Assembly: GCA_038087875.1 (NCBI GenBank) | Contig: CM075988.1 | Location: 1,054,001 to 1,118,000, forward strand | Length of the DNA: 64,000 nt | Source of the DNA: Malacoraja senta | Taxonomy: Eukaryota | Direction of reading: 5' to 3' | Shown here: positions 49,945 through 61,334 of the stretch, one piece after another | How the letters are laid out: the number at the start of each line of letters is the position of its first letter | How positions within the stretch are numbered: the stretch's first letter is position 1 | The notes under the pieces: generated by a model | Told to the model about the DNA's origin: nothing | Seen by the model: the letters and a program-made list of their open reading frames with translations, nothing else | Database searches by the model: none | Made by a program: the position numbers and the translations under genes

Positions 49945-51815
49945 ACGCGGCTCGATCCGAAAGTCACCTATTCCTTCTCTCCAGAGATGCTGCCTGTCCC
50001 GCTGAGTTACGTACAGTAAGGAACTGCAGATGCTGGTTTACACCGAAGAAATGACACAAAATGCTGCAGTAACTCAGCGGGTCAGGCAGCATCTCTGGAT
50101 AAAAGGAATGGGTGAGGTTTTGGGTCGAGACCCTTCTTCAAACTGAGCATCAGGGGAGAGGGAGACACGGAGGTCAAGAAGTGTAAGACATCAAATACAT
50201 GAGATGGTGACAACAAAGCAAACAGAGATCAAATGTAATCAGCGACAGTCAGACTGGCCAGAGAACTGGGAAGGGGGAGGAGAGAGGGAAAGCTAGCAAA
50301 GTTAGAGACGTCAATGTTCATACCACTGGGGTGTAAGCTGCCCAAGCGAAATATGAGGTGCTGTTCCTCCAATTTGCACTGGGCCTCATTCTGACAATGA
50401 TGGTGGCCCAGGACAGAGAGGTCAGTGTGGGGATGGGAGGGGGAGTTAAAGTGCCGAGCAAGCGGGAGATCAGGTAGGTTAAGGCGGACTGAGCGGAGGT
50501 GTTCAGCGAAATGATCGCCGAGCCTGCGCTTGGTCTCGCCGATATATAGCCCACACCTGGAACAGCGGTTAAAGAAGATGCTCCTGCACCCATGCACAAC
50601 TCGTGGACTTCATTAACTTCTCCACCAATTTCTATCCTGCACTCAAATTTACTTGGACCATTTCCGACACCTCCCTCCCCTTTCTTGTGATCACATCTCC
50701 ATCACAGGAAATAGACTGACTGACATCTATTATTAACCCACTGACTCCCACAGCTATCTAGACTACACTTTTTCCCACACTGCTTTCCTGCAAAGACTCT
50801 GTCCCCGACTCCCAATTCCTCCGTCTCTGCTGCATCTGTGCCAAAGATGAGGTGTTCCATACCAGGACATCCGAGATGTCCTCCTTCTTTAGGGACTGGG
50901 GGTGCCCCTCACCCATCATAGATGAGGCCCTAGTTGCAACAGAGAGAGTCCCCCTAGTCCTTACCTTCCACCTCATCAGCCGTCGCATACAACACATAAT
51001 CCTCCGACATTTTCACCACCTCCAACGGGATCCCACCACTAACCACATTTTCCCATCACCCCTTTCCGCAGAGACCGTTCCCTCCGCAACTCCCTGGTTA
51101 ACTCCCTTCCCACCAAACCACCCTCTCCCCTGGTACCTTCCCCTGCAACCGCAGAAAATGCAACACCTGTCCCTATACCTCCTCCCTTGACTCTATCCAG
51201 GGACCCCGACATTCCTTTCTGGTTAGACAGAGGTTCACGCACCTCCTCCAACCTCATCTATTGTATCCGTTGTTCGAGATGTGGACTTTACATCGGGGAG
51301 ACCAAACGCAGACTGGGCGATCGTTTCGCTGAACACCTTCACTCAGCCCTCTTGAACCAACCTGATCTCCCTGTTGCTAAACACTTTAATTCTCCTTCCC
51401 AATCCCACACAGACCTTTCTGTCTCTGTCTTCTCCGTTGTCAGAGTGAGGCTAAACGCAAATTGGAGGAATAGCATCTCATATTTCACCTGGGCAGCTTA
51501 CAGCCCAGTGCTATGAGTATTGATTTATCTAACTTCAAGTTACCCCGAGATTCCCTCTCTCTCTATCTCTCCCCCACCCAAATCACACCAGCTTCTCGTT
51601 TTCACCTGTGTCCTTTATCGTCTTTACTTTTTTGCATATCGTTAATTTATTGTTCTTTATCTCTCTGCACCTAGTCTATATCTCTCGTGTCCACCTTCCC
51701 TGACATCTGAAGAAGGGTCTCGACCCGAAACGTCATCCCTTCTCTCCAGAGCCGCTGCCTGAGCCGCTGAAGTACTCCAGCACTGCTTTATTTTGTAAAC
51801 CAGCATCAGCAGTTC
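49945..51815. mobile_element. Penelope-like element cluster with inverted arrangement (minus 50017-50570, plus 50600-51815)
   Basis: GIY-YIG region NLIYCIRCSRCGLYIGETKRRLGDRFAEHL occurs on both strands (ORFs 50229-50597 and 51187-51516). RT-thumb remnants at 50600-51000. Terminal repeats at both ends. Confidence 0.88.
51705..51736 (+). ncRNA. Minimal hammerhead ribozyme core in a Penelope terminal repeat
   Basis: CTGAAGA-A-GGGTC-TC-GACCC-GAAAC-GTC. Perfect stem II but only about 2 bp of stem I. Confidence 0.45.
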
Positions 51816-52020
51816 ATTGTGTGTTGAGAAACTATTATATACATTTAGCAAGTAGCAGCAATACAGTAAATTACATCATGTAATCCTTAATTAAACACTA
51901 TTTACTAGACGTGAACTATTAACCTCCAGCTGGCCATTAGCGAGCCATGGACCGGGGGTTAATAATGGATCAATGATCCACTCTGTGTAAGACAGTGGCC
52001 GCGGGCAGATTCAGACTCAC

Positions 52021-52201
52021 GCAGAGAGATTTCCTTGGCCAACGCCGCTGAGACGAGGAGTAGCGGAAGTCCCACGGAGATAAACTTGATCATTCTGTCT
52101 GTGGGCAGTTCCAGGCGCAGACCCTTGGCCCGTGAATCGTGCTCTTCCCGGATCAGAGAGTCGGAGAGGATGAAGTCAGTGGCGATACCGGCGATGGACA
52201 T
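52021..52201 (-). CDS. PANX3: Pannexin-3 coding exon 1 (181 nt, MSIAGIATDFILSD...AKEISL)
   Basis: ATG at 52201-52199. The translation KGLRLELPTDRMIKFISVGLPLLLVS matches the recalled PANX3 N-terminus/TM1 (KGLRLELPLDRIVKFVAVGSPLLLMS). Donor GTGAGT at 52020-52015, phase 1. Confidence 0.93.
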
Positions 52202-52239
52202 GGTGCAGGGCGGCGAGGAGGCTTTGGGCTGAAAGATCC

Positions 52240-52400
52240 ACCACACTCTCACATAGGAAGGGCGGCGTTTATCCCGCTTTGTTTACAGAGAGCGCAACAT
52301 GAACGGTTCCCAACACACAGGGAGGACAATATAGGAGCGGTCTGACCTGGGGATTATATAGGAAGAAGGGCTGGGCGAGAACTAATTACAGGCTGATGGC
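52240..52400 (-). promoter_or_regulatory. Putative PANX3 core promoter and 5' UTR with TATA box
   Basis: TATATAA on minus at 52360-52354, about 150 nt upstream of the ATG, in unique sequence. Short motifs nearby: TAATTA 52384-52389, TGTTTAC 52280-52286, RUNX-like TGTGGT 52245-52240. Confidence 0.45.
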
Positions 52401-52775
52401 GCCAAGAAACGGACGGTATTTGTTGGGACCGAGTACAGAAGGAGAGACTGATGCTGCATTCCTTCCCACTCAGAGAATATGTCATCTGAAGCAGACCAGC
52501 CCGAGCCTAAACACAGAGGCGCGGAGGCAGATTACAGAGTAGTGTACCAGACCGCTGAGACTATCTGGAGCGAGGCAGCTATTTATGGAACCACCCCGCA
52601 CACACAGCCCAGGATCAATGCACTTTCCACACAACCTCGCCAAGTTGCCCTGCCCATTGGCTGCACGCTTCACCACATCAAACACAAGTGCTTCTTGCTT
52701 CACCACGTCTTGCATCCAGCACGTTGCTACACCAGCCAAGCCGGGAGCGCTGGGACTCGCAACAACATTCAAGTT

Positions 52776-53840
52776 AGAGTAGATGGGAAGGCGGGGGTAG
52801 AGTGGAGGACAAGGCGGGGGTAGAGTGTAGGACAAGGCGGGGGGGTAGAGTGGAGGACAAGGCGGGGGTAGTGGAGGACAAGGCGGGGGTAGAGTGGAGG
52901 ACACGGCGGGGGGTAGAGGACAAGGCGGGGGATAGAGTGGAGGACAAGGCGGGGGTAGAGTGGAGGACAAGGCGGGGGGTAGAGTGGAGGACAAGGCGGG
53001 GGATAGAGTGGATGGGAAGGCGGGGGTAGAGTGGAGGACAAGGCGGGGGGTAGAGTGGAGGACAGGGCGGGGGGTAGTGGAGGACAAGGCTGGGGTAGAG
53101 TGAAGGACAGGGCGGGGGTAGTGGAGGACAAGGCGAGGGTAGAGTGAAGGACAAGGCGGGGGGTAGAGTGGAGGACAAGGCGGGGGGTAGAGTGGAGGAC
53201 AAGGCGGGGGGTAGAGTGGAGGACAAGGCGGGGGGTAGAGTGGAGGACAAGGCGGGGGTAGTGGAGGACAAGGCGGGGGTAGAGTGGAGGACAAGGCGGG
53301 GGGTAGAGTGGAGGACACGGAGGGGGGTAGAGTGGAGGACAAGGCGGGGGTAGAGTGGAGGACAAGGCGGGTGGTAGAGTGGAGGACAAAGCGGGGGGGG
53401 TAGAGTGGACGACAAGGCGGGGGGTAGAGTGGAGGACAAGGCGGGGGTAGAGTGGAGGACAAGGCGGGGGTAGAGTGGAGGACAAGGCGGGGGTAGAGTG
53501 GAGGACAAGGCGGGGGATAGAATGGAGGACAAGGCGGGGGTAGAGTGGAGGACAAGGCGGGGGTAGAGTGGAGGACACGGCGGGGGGTAGAGTGGAGGAC
53601 AAGGCGGTGGATAGAGTGGATGGGAAGGCAGGGGGTAGAGTGGAGGACAAGGCGGGGGATGGAGTGGAGGACAAGGTGGGGGGTAGAGTGGAGGACAAGG
53701 CGGGGGATAGAGTGGATGGGAAGGCGGGGTAGAGTGGAGGACAAGGCGGGGGGTAGAGTGGAGGACAAGGCGGGGGGTAGAGTGGAGGGGAAGGCGGGGT
53801 AGAGTGGAGGGGAAGGCGGGGTAGAGTGGAGGGGAAGGCA
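52776..53840. repeat. G-rich minisatellite with about 20-24-bp unit (GGGGGTAGAGTGGAGGACAAGGC)n, about 1.06 kb
   Basis: Tandem units read directly. Begins about 575 nt upstream of the PANX3 ATG. Confidence 0.95.
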
Positions 53841-53969
53841 GGGTTGGAGTGCAGGGAGTAAGGAACCCTGGATGATGGGAAGCTGCTCTGGCCAGGAGAA
53901 AGAAGGAGACATGGGCCAGGTATAGGCAGATAGGATTAAGTGAATACCTGGAGGAGTTTAGGGGAATGA

Positions 53970-55641
53970 TCATAAGATCATAGATCATGAGATAGGAGAG
54001 AATTAGGCCATTCGGCCCATCAAGTCTACTCCGTCATTCAATCATGTCTGATCTATCTCTCCCTCCTAACCTGAAGGGCCGAATGGCCTCCTCCTGCACC
54101 TATTTTCTATATTTTCTATGTTTCTAACCTAATTCTCCTGCCTTCGCCCCAGATCCACTGACACCCGTACTGATTAAGAATCTATCTGTCTCTGCCTTAA
54201 ATATATTCACTGACTGCCACCACAGCCTTCTGAGGCAAAGAATTCCACAGATTCTCCTCCCTCCAATCTAAAGAAATTCCTCCTCATCTCCTTCCTAAAA
54301 GAAGTCCTTTAATTCTGAGGCTATGACATCTAGTACTAGACTCTTCCACTACTGGAAACATCCTCTCCACATCCACTCTATCCAAGCCTTTCACTATTAT
54401 GTATGTTTCAATGAGGTCCCTCCTCATTCTTCTAAACTACAGCGAGTACAAGCCCAGTGCTGACAAACACTCATTATATGTTAACCCACTCATTCCTGGG
54501 ATCATTCTTGTAAATCTCCTCTGGACCCTCTCCAGAGCCAGCACATCCTTCCTCAGATATGGTGCCCAAAATTGCTCACAATATTCCAAATGCGGCCTGA
54601 CCAGCGTCTTGTAGAGCCTCAGCATTACACCCCTGGTTTTGTAAATAAGCCCTCTCTAAATAAATGCTAGCATTGCGTATATTTTCTTTACTACTGATTC
54701 GATTTGCAGATTAACTTTCTGGGAATCCTGCACCAGCACTCCCAAGTCCTTCCGCTAGTCACTGGTAGCTAACCAGAAAAAGCCCCCTTTATTGCCTCTC
54801 TTTGCCTTTGCCATCCAGCTAACATGCTATCAATGCTAGTATCTGCCCTTTGATACCATGAGCTCTCATCTTCCTTTGCAGCCTCCCATGTGGCACCTTA
54901 TCAAAGGCTTTCTGAAAACCTTGGTAAACAGCATCCATTAACTCCTTTTTCTGTCCTGCTATTTATTTCTTCAAAGAATTCCAGCAAACTTGTCAGGCAA
55001 GACCTCCCCCTCACAAACCCATGCTGACTTCGGCCTATTTTATCATAGAAACATAGAAAATAGGTGCAGGAGTAGGTCATTCGGCCCTTCGAGCCTGCAC
55101 CGCCATTCAATATGATCATGGCTGATCATCCAACTCAGTATCCCGTACCTGCCTTCTCTCCATACCCCCTAATCCCTTTAGCCACAAGGGCCACATCTAA
55201 CTCCCTCTTAAATATAGTCAATGAACTGGCCTCAACTACCCTCTGTGGCACAGAGTTCCAGAGATTCACCACTCTCTGTGTGAATTTTTTTTTCCTCATC
55301 TCGGTCTTAAAGGATTTCCCCCTTATCGTTAAGCTGTGACCCCTTGTCCTGGACTTCCCCAACATCGGGAACAATCTTCCTGCATCTAACCTGTCCAACC
55401 CCATAAGAATTTTGTACGTTTCTATAAGATCCCCTCTCAATCTCCTAAATTCTAGCGAGTATAAGCCAAGTCTATCCAGTCTTTCTTCATATGAAAGTCC
55501 TGACATCCCAGGAATCAGTCTGGTGAACCTTCTCTGCACTCCCTCTATGGCTATAATGTCCTTCATGAACTTGGGATCATGAACTTCTAAGTACTGGGTA
55601 ACCTCATCCTTTATAATGGACTCTAAAATCTTACCAACCAC
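53970..55641 (-). mobile_element. CR1 LINE pieces with nested young CR1 3' end (about 55045-55565)
   Basis: LYKTLVRPHLEYC and VGKILESIIKD motifs. Young tail at 55045-55060. Confidence 0.85.
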
Positions 55642-56109
55642 TGAGAATATGTAGAATTTGGGATACTTTAGGACTAAGGTTTAAGTATTCTGAGTTAAGT
55701 TTAATTTCTTTATTTTGTCATCATTTAGTTAAGTTTCATTATCCTTGCTGTGACATAATTCTTCCTGTATGTTTATGTGATGTTTAATGCTATTGTAATT
55801 GGCTAAGATGTATTATGCTGTGTATGATTGTAATTGGGTAGAAAGATTGTCCCCACCTATATAACCATGTGATACTGTAGTTATTGGTCTAGAATCATCA
55901 CCCTTTGTAAGTTACCTCCCAATGTATCAACCATATATATATGCTAATTCCTTTGTTTGAGCACATGTGTTTCTCCGTGATCCACTGGGAGAGCTTCCCA
56001 GGGCGATACAGAGAAACCTGGTCACCATGGTGAAATAAAGGATGATTTAAAGTATTCTAGTCGGTGTTTTCACTGAACGGACTAAGGTATATAAATACCG
56101 GAATTATCA
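55642..56109 (+). mobile_element. 5' LTR of an endogenous retrovirus (468 bp)
   Basis: TGAGAAT...ATTATCA inverted termini, TATA-like ATATATATA at about 55933-55941, AATAAA at 56034-56039, followed by a PBS. Confidence 0.82.
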
Positions 56110-56111
56110 TT

Positions 56112-56129
56112 TGGGGGCTCGTCTGGGAT
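56112..56129 (+). promoter_or_regulatory. Retroviral primer-binding site for tRNA-Pro
   Basis: TGGGGGCTCGTCTGGGAT differs at one position from the canonical Pro PBS TGGGGGCTCGTCCGGGAT and lies 2 nt after the LTR CA. Confidence 0.88.
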
Positions 56130-57228
56130 CTCAGAGGAGACCCTCGCAGGTTTGATTCAAGAATCAAGAGAGTTTATTGTCATGTGTCCCAGATAGGACA
56201 ATGAAATTCATGCTTTGCTTCAGCACAACAGAACATAGTATGCATGAATACAGAACAGATCAGTGTGTCCATATACCATTATATAAATATATACACACAT
56301 GAATAAATAAACAGATAAAGTGCAAATAAACAGATAACGGTCTATTAATGTTCAGAGTTTTGTTTGAGTTGAGTTTAATAGGCTGATGGCTGTGGGGAAG
56401 CAACTATTTCTGAACCTGGACGTTGCAGTCTTCAGGCTCCTGTACCTTCTACCTGAAGGTAGCGGGGAGATGAGTGTGTAGCCAGGATGGTGTGGGTCCT
56501 TGATGATGCTGCCAGCCTTTTTGAGGCAGCGACTGCGATAGATCCCCTCGATGGTAGGGAGGTCAGAGCTGATGATGGACTGGGCAGTGTTTACTACTTT
56601 TTATAGTCTTTTCCACTCCTGGGCGCTCAAGTTGCCGAACCAAGTTGACATACCGACTCTCCGTAATCTTCTCAGGAAGTAGAGGCGCTGATGTGCTTTC
56701 TTTATAATTGCATCAGTGTTCTTGGACCAGGAGAGATCTTCAGAGATGTGCACGCCCAGGAATTTGAAGCTCTTGACCCTTTCCACCATCGACCTGTTCA
56801 TATAAACGGGACTGTGGGTCCCCATCCTACCCCTTCCAAAGTCCGCAATCAGTTCCTTGGTTTTGATGGTGTTGTGGGCCAGTTATTGTGCTGGCACCAT
56901 TTGGTCAGTCGGTCGATCTCTGTTCTATCAGTGATACGTCCCACAACAGTGGTGTCGTCAGTGAACTTGATGATGGAGTTCGCACTATGACCGGCTACGT
57001 AGTCATGAGTATAGAGTGAGTACAGCAGGGAGCTGAGCACGCAGCCTTGAGGTGCTCCCGTGCTGATTGTTATCGAGGCTGACACATTTCCACCAATACG
57101 AACAGTCTGCCTTCTGTGAATGAGGAAGTTGATGATCCAATTGCAGAGGGATGCGCAGAGACCCAGTTCTGCTAGTTTGGTAACCAGCTTGGAGGGGATG
57201 ATTGTATTAAATTCCGAGGTGTGATCAA

Positions 57229-58009
57229 TTCCGGAAGTGGCGGCGCTGCCTTGCAGCTGCCGCTCGCCTGCAGTCCGTTTGTCTTTTCTTTTTTGTTTTC
57301 TTTTGTCCCGTTGTTGCAGTTTATTTCGGTTTATTTGTGTAGGTGTGGGTGGGTGGGAGAAACATGTTTTTTGACTCTTCCTTCAGGGGGATGCAACCTT
57401 TCTTGCCGTATCCCCTGTCTCCGTCTCCGTCTGCGCTGAGGCCTATCGCGGAGCTATCGGCCTCCAACTGGGACCGACCTCGAGGCTCCGGAGGCAGAGC
57501 CCGCCAGGACTTACCAACCGGGGCTGTGGTGGCGTTGTGACCCAACCTCGGAGGCTCGGCCGCGGGCCAGTGGACGACATCATTGTCGGGAGCTCGCAGG
57601 TCACAGGTTGGTGACCTGTTTTTCTGGAGCTCCCGCAACAACAGCTTCGGACTGGAGGGCGGCAGCTTCGGCAGCTTCGACCGCCCCGGGCCGCGGAGTT
57701 TGAACCGGCCCGTTCGCGGAGTTCGGATTCAGCCGCGGGACTTGCGCACCATCACCCGGCGGGGTCACAACATCGGAGGCCTGGATCGCCTCAGCGCAGA
57801 GGGAGAGTAAGGAGGGAAGAGACAAGGACTTTGGGACTTTTGCCTTCCATCACAGTGAGGAGGTGCCTGGTGGACTCACTGTGGTGGATGTTAAACTGTG
57901 TTGAGTGTGTGTTTTGTTATTTATTCTATGTTATGACTGCAGGCTAAACCATTTCGTTGTACTGAAAAGTGCAATGACAATAAAATTGAATCTGAATCTG
58001 AATCTGAAT
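57229..58009 (+). mobile_element. GC-rich non-coding retroelement with (TCTGAA)n tail, nested in Rex1
   Basis: Colinear with 46604-47437. Splits the Rex1 RT cleanly. Confidence 0.72.
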
Positions 58010-59655
58010 GAATAACAGCCTGACATATGAGTTTTGCTGTCCAAGTGGTCCAGAGCAGAGTGGAGAGCCAGCGAGATCGCATCCACTGTTGATCTGTTGT
58101 GGCGGTAGGCGAACTGCAGTGGGTCCAGGTTTTTGTTGAGGTAGGAGTTGATTTGCGCTATGATCAACCTCTCAAAGCACTTCATCACCACCGATGTTAG
58201 TGCCACTGGTCGATAGTCATTGAGGCACGTCACCTTGTTCTTCTTGGTATAATTGATGCCCTTTTAAGCCAGGTGGGAACCTCAGACCTCAGAAGTGAGA
58301 GATTGAAAATGTCTGTAAAAACTCCAGCCAGTTGGTCCGCACAGGTTTTTAGAACACGACCGGGTATACCATCAGGTTCAGGCGCTTTTCGAGGGTTCAC
58401 CCCTCTGAAGGATCTTCTGATGTCGGCCTCTGTGACTGTGACTGTGACTGAAATACCATCACAGCGAATGGGGGCTCGAGAAGGCACATTAGTGTTCGCC
58501 CTATCAAAGCGTGCGTAAAACGCATTGAGCTCATCAGGGAATGATGTTTCGCTGACATTCGAGCTGCCTCCTGATTTTGCCTTGCAATCATATTCAGGCC
58601 CCACCACAGCTGCCGAACATCTGTCTCATCCTCCAGCTTGGAGCAGAAGTCCCTTTTAGCCTTTTTGATGGCCTTACCAAGGTCGTATCTGGACTTCTTG
58701 TAGACCACTGTATCATCAGACATGAATGCCTGGTGTCTGGTCTTCAGAAGAGTGCGGATCTCAAAGTTCATCAAAGACTTCTGATTGGGAAACACTCGGA
58801 AGGTTTTTGTAGGGATGCAGTCCTCCACACACTTCTTTATGAAGTCTGTAATGACTGTGGCGTATTCGTTCAGGTCCATTGCTGAGTCCCTGAACATTGC
58901 CCAGTCTACAGACTCCAAACAGTCCTGGAGTTGTTCCTCTGCCCCCCACCTCCCCCCCCCCCCCCCCCCCCCCCCCCCCGACCAGCTCTGTACAGTCCTC
59001 ACCTCTGGGGTGCGCTCTTCAATTGCTGCCTGTAGGCAGGAAGAAGCAGCACCGCGGTATGGTCAGATTTACCGAAGTGAGGGCGAGGGATAGAACGATA
59101 GGCATCCTTGATGGTGGTGTAGCAGTGGTCGAGGGTGTTTGGTCCTCTGGTGCAGCAGGAGACATGTTGGTGGAAGTTAGGGAGTGATTTCTTTAGGTTT
59201 GCTTTATTGAAGTCCCCAGCTATGGTGGTGAACGCCTCGGGGTAAGATGTCTGGTGTTTGTTGACCATGGCGTGCAGCTCCTCCAGTGCCAGACGGACGT
59301 CTGCCTGGGGTGGGATGTAGACCGCGGTCATGATGATGGAGGTGAATTCCCTTGGGAGGTAGAAGGGACGACACTTCACCACCAGATGTTCGAGGTGTGG
59401 AGAGCAGGAGTTGGACAGGACTGCCACGTCTGAGCACCACGCAGAGTTGACCATGAGGCAGACGCCCCCTCCTCTCCATTTCCCAGATGCCAGTGTACGG
59501 TCCATACGGTGGATGGAGAAACCTTCAGGCTGGACCGCTGAGTCTGGGGAGCTGGGGGTGAGCCATATCTCTGTGAAACAGAACACAGAGCATTCCCTCA
59601 GCTCCCTTTGATAAAGCAACCTTGTAGGTATGTTACAACCTTGTAGGTATGTATG

Positions 59656-60698
59656 TAGCGATGTTACAAAACTTTCCTTCAGCGGCGCTGCAGTTCTGTC
59701 ACTGCCCGTGTGCGCGACTTTGGCGCCTTTGAGAGGGGGGCGGGTTTAAAATGCGATATCTGCGCAGTCTAATCAAATCGATCTCTGTCAGGCTGTTTAG
59801 TCGCTAAAAAAAAATCGCTTCGACTGCCGTTTTATTAAGTTTATTAAAATTAGCGCTTTATAATTTAATTGTTGGAGTAAAATTAAAATCATCTTCAAAT
59901 GCCGTCAACGCCGACAACGGGGACGGATTTCACGTAGGGGACAAGGCAAGGTACACCGTTTATTTTTTCATATAAACTTGCTTCTTAGGATGCCTTTAAT
60001 AAAAATTTCAAGTTGCGAAAATGTGATTATGTAAATATACAAACCGGCAGTATTTTTCCTGCCGATATTGGGGTTTAGTTCACTGCAACCGCAACGTTCC
60101 ACACCAGCACGTTCCACAAAAACCCACTCGCAAGATGATTTAAATGCCCATTAATTTACAGGAATTAAACACTAAATTCCTTCCATTTGGCCTATAAATT
60201 CACGAGAATGAGATTTAAAAATCATGTTATATTGTGAATTCTTGTGAATGTTATTTGGATACTTAGGCTTTTTAAAAATGTTAACCTTTTCTTAAGAAAT
60301 GGATAGATATTTAGATCTAGTAATTGAATTTTGTGATTGGCTACAACTGGGTAACTAACTAATTATATGCTTTAATTTCAGGTCATCCAAGTAAGATTGT
60401 TTCATATTTGTTTCAGGATGCTTCAATCTATAATAACTGAAAATTTCATTCAGTTCTCGTAATTTTTAAGAAAGTTATGGGCTTTTGACTGTCCTTGATC
60501 ACAGCTTTTGTGTGAAGTCAATGGAAAAGCAATAGGGAACAAGATGCTAATTTCCAGGTATGAAAAAAGCCATAACTTTTTTCATACTGAAGATATGAAA
60601 GTGAATTAGGTGTCAAATTAAACTTCTTTTTATGCTTTATCTGATGGGATTAATTGCAGACTTGATTTTTAAAATCTCAAAGTTTTGTAACATTGCTA
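59656..60698. mobile_element. About 1.04-kb non-autonomous DNA transposon (copy 2) nested in the Rex1 endonuclease
   Basis: 20-bp TIR TAGCGATGTTACAAAACTTT and AAAGTTTTGTAACATTGCTA (one mismatch). Removing it and adjacent duplications restores DLRAR-LLYQRE. Confidence 0.85.
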
Positions 60699-61334
60699 AG
60701 TCCCTTGCCCTTAAGTCCTCCACTTTATTTTCTAGTGACTGTACGTTGGCCAGTAGGATAGAAGGGAGAGGGGGCCGAAGTCCCCTCCATTTCAGTCTGA
60801 CCTGTAGTTCTGCCCGACGGAAACGTGGTCCATGGAGCCCTCCTCGGTGTTTGAAAGTAGAGTACTTACTAGTCTCCGCGAGGTCGGGGAATCCCCTGAG
60901 ATCGGGAATTCCCATACAGTCTGCACCTCCAGCTCCGTTGCTGTTGGGGGATCCTGCTCGACGGCCTCTATTCTGGACTCCCTGAAGGCCTCTCCAGGGT
61001 TTGCAGGTAAGGTTCTAACCTGCGCGCCTCCGCGAGGCTGGGGATTCCCTTCTGATCGGGGATTCCCTTACATCGGAAGTTCTCAGTAGAGCTAATGCAT
61101 TTAAATGCGTTAGCAGCTCGCTACTTACGGCGTTGATTTCAGTCGATTTTTTGATGCAGGTGAGTTCATAAATGCTGTATCTTACTGTTTTTCTTTGTGC
61201 CGCTCGCAAAATATCGCCGCAGGTAGGCGCCAACGGTAAAAGGGTTGAGTTGTCGGGTCAGGGAATTTAGGAATTGAGCCCCCGATGAGTGATTTTACTC
61301 CATCGGTTTTCCTCCGATTCGTTGATCCAGCTGC

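Larger units (their letters stand above)
56152..61217 (-). mobile_element. Apparently full-length Rex1/Babar LINE (APE plus RT) inserted in the ERV leader, itself twice interrupted
   Basis: PSILLANVQSLENK (60.7k), FCFTE...AGDFN...SDH (58999-59619), [10 protein letters not shown] (57931-58233), GAPQGCVL (56849-57085), tail at 56152-56180. TSD CGCAGGT at 56145-56151 and 61218-61224. Confidence 0.88.

Noticed and set aside
49400..49945. Apparently unique intronic stretch as an enhancer or hidden exon
   Set aside because: No ORF or convincing splice pair, and only generic short motifs. Conservation cannot be judged without alignment.
16684..52201. Assigning the gene as PANX1
   Set aside because: Despite the possible fifth exon, the sequence (PYSLL, YNRSI, ARKE...FPLL.RYL.CK, KMLGC..NDLNVIL.FLRANI, no Trp74, no DVVD caspase site) matches PANX3.
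52482..53988. Proline-rich ORFs of 309-476 aa resembling extensins
   Set aside because: All three minus frames are open because of the minisatellite. No coding signal.
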